From: a virus
Direction: 5' to 3' (one strand)
Length of the DNA: 64,000 nt
IMG/VR virus record: IMGVR_UViG_3300032893_000001
Location: 1 to 64,000 of that record
A model generated the notes under the pieces. It searched no databases, had not been told where the DNA came from, and was given only the letters and a program-made list of their open reading frames with translations. Shown piece by piece: positions 36,650 to 44,589 of this stretch (positions are counted from its first letter, which is position 1; every line of letters begins with the position of its first letter). The position numbers and the translations under genes are program-made.

Positions 36650-37842
36650 GCGTAGAAGACGAGCTGCTCATGCTCGGTCGAGTGTACGTGCAGGCGCACG
36701 CGCCCTACTTCGGTAGGGCCGTGCTCAGCCTGATTCCACACGCCGAGCGTCGCGTTCCCACGCTCGGCGTCACGCCAGGCATGATCCTCTACTACAACCC
36801 CGACTACCTGCGGAAGCTGGAGTCGGAGAAGAGAATCGGTACGCGTCTCTGGCATGAAGTACAGCACGTGTTGCGGCACTCCTTCACACGATTGATCGGG
36901 GTCAACCAGCGCATCGCGAACATCTGCGAGGACCTCGCCATCAACACGACAGGAAGGCACGACCCCGCGTGGGACTTCTCTCCTGACGGATTGCTCCCCG
37001 AGAAGTACGGCCTTCCCGTGGACCTGACTGCCGAGGAGTACTACGCACTGGTGCCGCCGAGTGCGGCGAACGAGGAAGTGAGCGCATGCGCAGGGCAATG
37101 CGGCGGCGTTGCCGGTAACGCGAGCAACGACGAGCTCGAGAAGGAACTCGACGAGCTGTACGGACGAGAGGAATCCGAAGTCGAGCAGATCAAACAGCAG
37201 GTTGCCGACGACATCATCCGTCACGAGAAGACGCATGGAACGATTCGCGGTGGCTGGTCTCAGTGGGCAAAAGCGATTCTCGCGCCGTCCACGATCCGGT
37301 GGCAGACCTTCTTCCAGAACACCATCCGCGCATGCGTCAGCAAGTTGTCGTACGGCGACAGCGACTACTCGATGGCGCGCCCTTCTCGTCGCTCGTATGG
37401 AATGCCTCCCGGACCCTTCCGTCCTGGTCTGGTTGGGGAGGAGATCGAGTTCGCGATCGTGCTCGACACGAGCGGTTCGATGGATATCGACCGACACATC
37501 AAGCCGTGCCTCCGAGAAGCGCGCGGCATCATCATGCAGTCAGGCGCAGAGGACGCCTGGTTCATTCAAGCCGACGCGATGTACGACGAACGCATCCGTC
37601 GCGTACGCGCCTCAGAGCTCGTCGAAGTGGAGATCGTTGGGCGTGGTGGAACGGACTTTCGTCCCGCCATCGAACGAGCTCAACGCCTTCATCCAAAGCC
37701 TTCCATTCTCATCTACCTGACCGACGGGTACGGTCCCGCACCCGATCGAGCACCGGCCGGGATGGAAGTCATCTGGTGCTTGGTCGGAGAACAAGTAAAG
37801 GAGCCAGCGACATGGGGTCACGTCGTTCGCGTTCCGAAGTGA
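36646..37842 (+). CDS. Metallopeptidase-like (HExxH) + VWA domain protein (DUF2201-like)
   Basis: WHEVQH...DLAIN; DTSGSM MIDAS, GGTDF, LTDG; partner of the AAA ATPase. Confidence 0.85.
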   Translation: MSVEDELLMLGRVYVQAHAPYFGRAVLSLIPHAERRVPTLGVTPGMILYYNPDYLRKLESEKRIGTRLWHEVQHVLRHSFTRLIGVNQRIANICEDLAINTTGRHDPAWDFSPDGLLPEKYGLPVDLTAEEYYALVPPSAANEEVSACAGQCGGVAGNASNDELEKELDELYGREESEVEQIKQQVADDIIRHEKTHGTIRGGWSQWAKAILAPSTIRWQTFFQNTIRACVSKLSYGDSDYSMARPSRRSYGMPPGPFRPGLVGEEIEFAIVLDTSGSMDIDRHIKPCLREARGIIMQSGAEDAWFIQADAMYDERIRRVRASELVEVEIVGRGGTDFRPAIERAQRLHPKPSILIYLTDGYGPAPDRAPAGMEVIWCLVGEQVKEPATWGHVVRVPK

Positions 37843-38606
37843 AAAACAACGAGGTGCTCTTCAAAGTGCGCTGCAACGGAGAAGAGCACACCGTTCGTTT
37901 TCGAGGGCATCGCGTCACGCTTCTCGATCATCCAGGCGTTCGACTGAAGACACTGGCGGCCGAAGTCGACATGATGGAACAGTCGAAGATAGAACAGTCA
38001 TCTTGCTTGGAGATCGTAGGCGCTCTTCTCTGCGGTGGTAGCTACTTCGCCGCGTTGAAGGACCGCATCGACATTCCGCACCTTCTTGAAGGAAACGAAC
38101 CTCGAGAGGTTAGGAATACGAGGTACGTACGAAGAACGACAGTGTTCGACCCACTCGAGGGTCGACGCTTCCTACGCCCTTCGCCGTTCGTACTTGCAAA
38201 GGCACGGGAGGTACTCGAACGCTGGCAGCTTCGTTCGACGCCAAACGTCGGGCACGACGTCAAGATCTACTCAGTTCCCTTCCTCACAAGAGGAGAGATC
38301 GTTGTAACCTGCACGAAAAGAGGAGCCTATCCAAACGAGGTCAAGATCGCTGCCAAGCTCGATGCGCGACGAGCGAAGTGGAGGCAGGTCGTCGCTGTCA
38401 GCCTCGACGAAGCATCCTGGGCTCGAATCTACCTGCGGTGCGGAGGGCTCATCGAAGGAAAGTACTTCGTGACGCAGCTCGTGAAAGAACGATCGCCGTT
38501 CGATCTTCGCGTGCGGTACGCGTACCAATCCAGGGGGTACAAGATCGCAACCGGAGAAGGAAACATCCGTCTCGGCAGCGACGGAGTGTGGCGACTCGTT
38601 GGTTGA
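37839..38606 (+). CDS. Hypothetical protein
   Basis: GTGA-coupled start (VKNNEVLF...); ends at a terminator. Confidence 0.6.
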   Translation: MKNNEVLFKVRCNGEEHTVRFRGHRVTLLDHPGVRLKTLAAEVDMMEQSKIEQSSCLEIVGALLCGGSYFAALKDRIDIPHLLEGNEPREVRNTRYVRRTTVFDPLEGRRFLRPSPFVLAKAREVLERWQLRSTPNVGHDVKIYSVPFLTRGEIVVTCTKRGAYPNEVKIAAKLDARRAKWRQVVAVSLDEASWARIYLRCGGLIEGKYFVTQLVKERSPFDLRVRYAYQSRGYKIATGEGNIRLGSDGVWRLVG

Positions 38607-38634
38607 AAGCAGGGCCTTCTGGCCCTGCTTTTTT
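38606..38634 (+). terminator. Intrinsic terminator
   Basis: AAAGCAGGGCC-TTCT-GGCCCTGCTTTTTT between convergent operons. Confidence 0.8.
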
Positions 38635-38639
38635 AGCCC

Positions 38640-40691
38640 TCAGACGAGCGTCGTCATTCTACGCGGCGATCGCTGCTCAGGAAGCGGTCGCATGTCGACG
38701 CCCCCCTGCGAGCCGGCCATGATCTGCTCCTTGTCCTTCTGGAGCTGCTTCAGATACTGCCCCGTGAGCGCGGCGAGATCGGGGCTCGTGGTCTGGAGAT
38801 TCTGAAGGGCCATCTGCTGCATCGCAGGGTCGAGGTGCGAGATCTGCTGGGCGTACGACATCGCCATGCTAGGCAAGTCGACGTTCTGCTGCCCGCTCTG
38901 TTGCATGTTCTGCTGGCGTCCGAGACGGCTAGAGATCGCGCTGTGGAACTCTTGATCCGGCGTCGGTGCTTCCAAGAGTGCGCTTCCGGGCGGCAGCGGA
39001 GAGGCTTGGGGATCGGTGAGGTCTGCCGGCGCGCCCGCCGCGGCGGCCTGCTGACCACCAGGCGTTCCTGCCCCCAACTGGTCCTGAGCTCCGGGCTCTC
39101 CTGGCGCGGGTCCCTGCTGCATCGCCTGCTGCTGCACCTGCTGCGCCTTGGCTTGGTACTTGGCCATGACGAGAGACGACTCGCCCTGGATCTCAGCCAT
39201 CGCGAGCTGCTGCGTCTTGGTTGCTTCGAGACGCGTCTTCGTCTCCTTCAGCATCAGCTTGTTCTCCTCCTCTTGCGAGAGGTCGGAGTCCGCGAGCAGC
39301 GTCGAGTCGCTGATCTTGTTGAGCTGGTTGAACTGGAGCATCAGCGACTTGCGCTGGATGTCGTCGGCCATCTTGAAGGGCTTGAAGCGCCCCTTCGCCA
39401 TCGGCCAATCGAGGAAGTTGGAAACCTCCTGCATGACGAATCGGAACAGATGCTTGTGGCGCAACACGTAGCCGATGAAGGCATTTTCGAGCATGCGCAT
39501 CGACACGTTCGTCCCCGCGTAGGACAAGCCACCGAACACGAACTCGCGGGGCACTCCCATGCCAACGACGATCTGCTCGCTCCACTGCTGGATCTCGGGC
39601 GTCAGCATGAGCGCCTTGCCGTCACCACCGATGGTCTGGTTGCCCACCGGCAAAGGCAGGATGGGGATGTAGTTGTTGTCGTATCGCCAACGACCGATCT
39701 CGGTCGCGACATGATCGCGCCAGTCGACAAGGTTGATGCTCGTGAAGGGATCGGCGGTACCGGCGGCAGGCTGCGGAAAGAGGATGCGCAGCGGCACGAT
39801 GTGCTCGAGCAGGATTGCCTCCTGCGCCTTCTTCATGAGCTGAAGGTAGTACGTGTCCTTCAGGACAGGCAGAAGAAGAGGGATGCCCCATCCTCGATCC
39901 TGCGTAGCGAGCGACGGACGACGAAGATGGAAGACCTTGTCCTTCGCGAGGACGAGTCCCTTCTGCTCCTTCAGCGCCTGGATGAAGATCTGCGGGATGG
40001 TCTCGACCACTTCCTTGCGACCGATGATGATGTCGTTCCGGATGACCGCGGGGATCGTGTAGAAGTACGTGTAGTCGCCGGTGAGGTCGTTGTAGAGGAT
40101 CTCCATGTCCTCCGGGTTCCAGCGAATGAGCTTCACGCCGCTCGGGTTCTTCAAGTACAAGTCCGTGACGATCGCATCACCCGTCGTGTGGCAACCAGGG
40201 CACGCGAGCCGGAACGAGTAGTTCGTGAAGACCCAGTGGTTGCGGCAACGGTTCGCAACCTCGCGCCAACCGCACGTCGCGCAGCGCAGGTACTTGTGGA
40301 AGTTGTAGCCGATGCTGATGAACGCGTTGCCGTAGGCGAAGTAGTCGAGTCCGACCTCCACCTGAAAGGCGCGGTACTGAAGATGGTCTTGGAAGAAGTC
40401 CATCCAGCGATCTTTGGTGCGCGCGTCGTCGTGATCGATGATGAGGTCTGTGACGGGGTACTCACTCATCTTGAAGACGACCGCGTTGATCAACGGGTTC
40501 GTCAAGAAGTAGTACCGGCACCAACGGAACATCTGCTTGACCGTGACGGGCAAGTAGGTGTGCGCGACGTCGAAGAACGGCGAGGGGTAGTTGACTCCCT
40601 GGACAGGGCTGCCCTGAATGCGGCCGCGCGTCTGCGAGAAGCGGAAGGCGTTCGCCGGACCGCCGACACCCATGCCGCCTGCCATCGTCAT
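38640..40691 (-). CDS. Portal protein with Zn-ribbon insertion and Gln-rich C-terminus
   Basis: NPLINAVV, DYFAYGNAF, HLRRP...WGIP, GMGVPREF portal-like motifs; CATC...CPGC insertion. Confidence 0.8.
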   Translation of the reverse strand: MTMAGGMGVGGPANAFRFSQTRGRIQGSPVQGVNYPSPFFDVAHTYLPVTVKQMFRWCRYYFLTNPLINAVVFKMSEYPVTDLIIDHDDARTKDRWMDFFQDHLQYRAFQVEVGLDYFAYGNAFISIGYNFHKYLRCATCGWREVANRCRNHWVFTNYSFRLACPGCHTTGDAIVTDLYLKNPSGVKLIRWNPEDMEILYNDLTGDYTYFYTIPAVIRNDIIIGRKEVVETIPQIFIQALKEQKGLVLAKDKVFHLRRPSLATQDRGWGIPLLLPVLKDTYYLQLMKKAQEAILLEHIVPLRILFPQPAAGTADPFTSINLVDWRDHVATEIGRWRYDNNYIPILPLPVGNQTIGGDGKALMLTPEIQQWSEQIVVGMGVPREFVFGGLSYAGTNVSMRMLENAFIGYVLRHKHLFRFVMQEVSNFLDWPMAKGRFKPFKMADDIQRKSLMLQFNQLNKISDSTLLADSDLSQEEENKLMLKETKTRLEATKTQQLAMAEIQGESSLVMAKYQAKAQQVQQQAMQQGPAPGEPGAQDQLGAGTPGGQQAAAAGAPADLTDPQASPLPPGSALLEAPTPDQEFHSAISSRLGRQQNMQQSGQQNVDLPSMAMSYAQQISHLDPAMQQMALQNLQTTSPDLAALTGQYLKQLQKDKEQIMAGSQGGVDMRPLPEQRSPRRMTTLV

Positions 40692-41665
40692 ACTTGCGTC
40701 TCCGGCGGATAGCCCGAAGCACGGGCCGTCATGATCGTTTCACTGGGGGTCGACTGACCGGGTCCCTTGGTGAGGTCGCTAGCCTCCACGGGGTGCGGTC
40801 CGTACGAGCGGAAGTTCGGTGGTGCGTTCTTGTGAAAGAGCTTGCCCGCGGCGATATCGACGCCCTTGCCCGCCGCGCGGCCAAGATGACCCGTCGCTTC
40901 TTGGAGAACCTGCCCTGCACCAAAGGGCATCAAGCCACTCGCGAGACCTCCAACGAGGGTGCCCGTGGTGTACCCGAGCTGCTCTCCCTTGCCTCCGTCA
41001 GGAGCCGGTGAGAGTGCTGCCTGCGCGACGCCAAGGGCGGGGAGACCAAGCATCAGCGCCTTGCTCGCGGGACTTGCTCCTGCGATCTGCGCGTGCGCTC
41101 CACGATAGACGGTCGGCAGGATACCGTGCGCCTTCATCGACTTCACGACGCCTGGCAGATTCGTAAGCCCCCACTCTTCGGCGCTTCGTGTCGCCTTGAG
41201 CGCATCCTGCGCGCGCCCCCACTCTTTGGACGCTTGCTCGACCGCTTCGGGAGCACCACTTCGCTGCGCTTTGAGAACGGCCCGGCGTGCCTTGACCGCT
41301 GCCACCTCGGATGGGTACGCGCCCGCGTGCATGGTTCGCAGCGTCTCCCCCTCGGGCATGTGCCCCGTCAATCCGTGCAGCTCGCGAAGACCAAAGCGGG
41401 ACACCGCCTGGCGCGCGCGCAACGGAAGAGCGGCACCGATTCCCAAGCCGCCGAGACCACCTGCGAGAGCGCCCCGTGCCGCCGCACCGGTACCAGACTC
41501 TTCTGGATTTCCGCCCGTCAGGTGCCGCAGGTAGTTGACACCACCGCCCGTGAGCGCCCCCAGAACACCGAGCGTCGCGGCCGAACCAACACGCGGGTTC
41601 ACCCTCGCGAGCTTCTTCAGCTCGTCGGCGAACGACTGCATCATCGATTCGTTCATGCGCGTCAT
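40688..41665 (-). CDS. Glycine-zipper protein
   Basis: FADELKKLA N-terminus followed by several GxxxG segments. Confidence 0.65.
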   Translation of the reverse strand: MTRMNESMMQSFADELKKLARVNPRVGSAATLGVLGALTGGGVNYLRHLTGGNPEESGTGAAARGALAGGLGGLGIGAALPLRARQAVSRFGLRELHGLTGHMPEGETLRTMHAGAYPSEVAAVKARRAVLKAQRSGAPEAVEQASKEWGRAQDALKATRSAEEWGLTNLPGVVKSMKAHGILPTVYRGAHAQIAGASPASKALMLGLPALGVAQAALSPAPDGGKGEQLGYTTGTLVGGLASGLMPFGAGQVLQEATGHLGRAAGKGVDIAAGKLFHKNAPPNFRSYGPHPVEASDLTKGPGQSTPSETIMTARASGYPPETQV

Positions 41666-42468
41666 GCGGTCTGCACCAGGCAGAGCTGGGCCTTCAGCCT
41701 GTTCCTACTTTCGGTCAAGAAGTCATGCGCAGTCAACATCCTCCGAAGCTGCTCCGCCTCTGAAGTCTGCGCACTGGGGGCTTTACCGCTGACACGAACA
41801 CTCGGCCACGCCTTCTTCACTGCATCGAGGTCGATGTCGACGTTGGTCGTATCGATGATCGCAAGCCTGTCGACGGGAGGCTGCGGAACGAACATGCCCT
41901 CGTGGCGATGCACAACGCCGAGGAACAACCGCACCTCTTCTGACCAAGAGACGTCTTCACGGACACGGTTGGCGACGTCGACCGCGGCCATCGCTTGAGC
42001 AACCGTCGGCGCCTGCATGACCTCGAAGTCCGGGAAGAGAGAGTTGAACGGGTGCACGCACCAGTTGAAGACTTCCCACTGCTCCCAGAAAGAGTCGACG
42101 AGATGAAGCGTCTTCATCGCCATCGCCTTCGAGAAGTTCAGGTCGCTGATCGTCCCGAAGTCCTGTCCCGCACGAAGCTGCACCGTTTCCGGTTCCCACT
42201 CGAGCCACTCCGGACCGTACTTCTGAAGCAGCGCCAGATCCACGATCACCGGATGCGTCTCGGGGTGCGCCAGCAGCGTACGCGCAGTCACGCGCGTAAC
42301 CACTGCTGAAACCGGGGGAGACGAAGTAGCTTCGGGCGCACCCGTCGTTTCGAGCTCGGGAGTCGACTCGTCGAAAGACGCAGCAGGCCCGCGCTCCACG
42401 TCAGCCCGGCTGACGGACTGGAGTACCTTCAGAAGCTCCGCATCGTAGCTGGGGAGCGACGGCATCAA
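41662..42468 (-). CDS. Hypothetical virion-associated protein
   Basis: 268 aa (EWLEWEPET motif), coupled within the portal operon. Confidence 0.65.
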   Translation of the reverse strand: MMPSLPSYDAELLKVLQSVSRADVERGPAASFDESTPELETTGAPEATSSPPVSAVVTRVTARTLLAHPETHPVIVDLALLQKYGPEWLEWEPETVQLRAGQDFGTISDLNFSKAMAMKTLHLVDSFWEQWEVFNWCVHPFNSLFPDFEVMQAPTVAQAMAAVDVANRVREDVSWSEEVRLFLGVVHRHEGMFVPQPPVDRLAIIDTTNVDIDLDAVKKAWPSVRVSGKAPSAQTSEAEQLRRMLTAHDFLTESRNRLKAQLCLVQTA

Positions 42469-43397
42469 CCACTTCCAGGCGCACCCGAGTGCTGTTCGCG
42501 CGCCATGTTCGCCAGAATACGGCGCTGCGCGAGCGGCAGAGACTTGAAGATGCCGACGGGGTCCTTGCGGAACTCTTCGGCCATGTCGTCGCTGAAGGTC
42601 CCCTTGACCAAGGGCAACCGCTTCATCGCGAGGTACTCGAGGTCGGCCTCGGTGACGTGGATGTTGCCGATGACCTCACTGAAGGTCGCGGTCTTCTCGA
42701 AGCCGTAGGTCGAGTAGTACGGATCGGGCACATCGCGGTCGTAGCAGAACTCGAGGCCCGCCGTCTTGTCGAACTCGCTGAGCGTGAGGCAGAACATCTC
42801 CGGCTCGAGCTGCTCACGAACGGCCGCCAGCTTGTCGAGAGCCGCCGTGAACTTGCCCGGTTCGAGAAGAGAACGACGCGCGTCGAGGGCGACCTTGATC
42901 TCCTCGACGGGAGCGTACTTCTCCGAACCGTACTTGCGGACCTCGTCGGACACCGGGATGCCGAGCTCCGACGCGCGCTTGACGAGGTTGCAGCAGTACT
43001 CGTGTCGATCGGGAGGCGCCATGCGCTTGCCGAACTCGTCGAAGTACGCCGCGGCGGCTTTGACCTGCGCGTAGCTGTCCAAGGGGTAGCGCGCACCCAG
43101 CGCGTACGTGCTGGCCTTCTTCTCCTGCACCTTCTTCGGGGGCTCGAAACCAGCAACGTCGACGTGCGGCTGAAGAAGGCGCATCTGCGGCAGCTTGCCT
43201 GGATGCTTCCCCTTGATCTCCGTGTTCGTCTCCGGCAGGATGCCTTCCTCTCCGCGGTGACCGTTCTTGCCCTTGACCAGGTGTCCGATCGCCGCTGTCT
43301 TCTTCGCAACGACCGCCTTGGTCGTCGTCGAGGTGTCCGTACTCTCCGCCGGCATCGTATGCGTGTTCGCGAGCTCTGCTTGTTTCATGGTGCTCAT
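42465..43397 (-). CDS. Head-associated protein with K-x-A motifs and a DUF6582-like repeat
   Basis: Start reassigned to ATG 43397 (ATGA overlap); YALGARYPLDSYAQVKAAAAYF; KQA, KTA (x3), KKA, KRA, KLA. Confidence 0.65.
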   Translation of the reverse strand: MSTMKQAELANTHTMPAESTDTSTTTKAVVAKKTAAIGHLVKGKNGHRGEEGILPETNTEIKGKHPGKLPQMRLLQPHVDVAGFEPPKKVQEKKASTYALGARYPLDSYAQVKAAAAYFDEFGKRMAPPDRHEYCCNLVKRASELGIPVSDEVRKYGSEKYAPVEEIKVALDARRSLLEPGKFTAALDKLAAVREQLEPEMFCLTLSEFDKTAGLEFCYDRDVPDPYYSTYGFEKTATFSEVIGNIHVTEADLEYLAMKRLPLVKGTFSDDMAEEFRKDPVGIFKSLPLAQRRILANMAREQHSGAPGSG

Positions 43398-43927
43398 CCT
43401 TGAATCGTGGGCGCCATCTGGCCGCTGATGTTGCGAAGTTTGCCGCCGATCTCCTTCGCGGTCTGACCGACGCCGTACGCCGTCATCGCGCCACTCAGCG
43501 CGCTCATCGGATTCTTGGCAGCCCACCCCAGCCCCTTTCCCAAAAGACCACCGACTCCTTTGCCGGCGGCTCCAAGCAAGGAACCTCCGATGCCTGCTGC
43601 CTTGTACCAGCTTTCGGCGGTGAGCAGGTTGCGCGCAGCAGCTTTCTGCGCTTCCTTCGGCAGCTTGGCGGCGGTCTTGGAAAAGTAGAGCATTGAGAGC
43701 GCGACGTTGCCTGGATCGACGCACGCGAACTTGCGAAGCGTCACGTCACCATCGCGGAGAACGAGCGCGAAGACATCGTCCGGGAGCGAGCGACGCTCTT
43801 CCTCGCTGAGCAAGTGCGCGCTCTTGACGAGCTCCGGCACCTCGAGTCGGCTCGGGAAGATCTCTCGAAAGAGATGCCCGGTGGGGTCGTCGTACACGTC
43901 GAGCAGAAGTCCGCTGAGCTTTTCCAT
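43394..43927 (-). CDS. Head-associated protein with DUF6582-like repeat and Gly-rich tail
   Basis: Start reassigned to ATG 43927 (GGGAG RBS); LSEEERRSLPDDVFAL...RKFACVD. Confidence 0.65.
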   Translation of the reverse strand: MEKLSGLLLDVYDDPTGHLFREIFPSRLEVPELVKSAHLLSEEERRSLPDDVFALVLRDGDVTLRKFACVDPGNVALSMLYFSKTAAKLPKEAQKAAARNLLTAESWYKAAGIGGSLLGAAGKGVGGLLGKGLGWAAKNPMSALSGAMTAYGVGQTAKEIGGKLRNISGQMAPTIQG

Positions 43928-43942
43928 GGCGCTCCCTGTCTG

Positions 43943-43972
43943 AGCGTAATCGGCCAACGGCCGGTACCGCAA
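43943..43972 (-). promoter_or_regulatory. Sigma70-like promoter candidate for the portal operon
   Basis: TTGCGG-N18-TACGCT; same spacing as the candidate upstream of the RNAP gene. Confidence 0.35.
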
Positions 43973-43979
43973 GAATACC

Positions 43980-44008
43980 GCAAAGGTTAGCCGCCGCAGC
44001 GGAATAAG
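43980..44008 (+). promoter_or_regulatory. Candidate phage promoter GCAA-N17-GGAATAAG
   Basis: Intergenic, at the start of the helicase/UDG operon. Confidence 0.5.
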
Positions 44009-44046
44009 GGAAACGAACAACCGGGCATAGACCCAGGAGGACAAGA

Positions 44047-44589
44047 ATGAACCAAACGACGGTGCAGACCACTCAGCAGCCCGAGTGCTACGGCAAGATC
44101 TGGGACCAAAGCGCGGTCGAGTGCGCCGGCGGCTACGACGCGACCTTCGTGGCACCCAACGGCGCCAAAGTTCGCCCGCGCTGCGATTACTTCGACTCCT
44201 GCAAGATCCGAACAGCTCTGGCGAAAACCGAGGCGCAACAGCGCGCGCTGGTGGCCCCCTCGAGCCTGATCCGTCCGCAGCAGCCGGCGGCGCCGTATGC
44301 TCCACGATTCCAGCAGCCGCCTCCGATGCAGATGACTCCCCAAGCAGCGCCTCCGCCGGCGTACCCGAACCCGCACTATCCGTACCCAATCGTGGTCAGC
44401 CAGCCGGTGCAGATGATGCCGACCAACTACGGAATCCCTGCGTACCTGACCGTTCCGGAAGAGAGGCGGTCTGGTGAGCACTTCCTCGCTCCACTTGGAC
44501 GCGAGATGCTTCGTGCAGGCGGCAAGGCTCTCGGGCATGCGTTCGCAGCCTGGCTCGATCACAACGCGTTCAGCAAGAAGGAAGAATGA
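44047..44589 (+). CDS. Cys4 (Zn-finger-like) protein with Pro/Gln-rich region
   Basis: CYG...C...CDYFDSC; AGGAGG RBS. Confidence 0.7.
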   Translation: MNQTTVQTTQQPECYGKIWDQSAVECAGGYDATFVAPNGAKVRPRCDYFDSCKIRTALAKTEAQQRALVAPSSLIRPQQPAAPYAPRFQQPPPMQMTPQAAPPPAYPNPHYPYPIVVSQPVQMMPTNYGIPAYLTVPEERRSGEHFLAPLGREMLRAGGKALGHAFAAWLDHNAFSKKEE

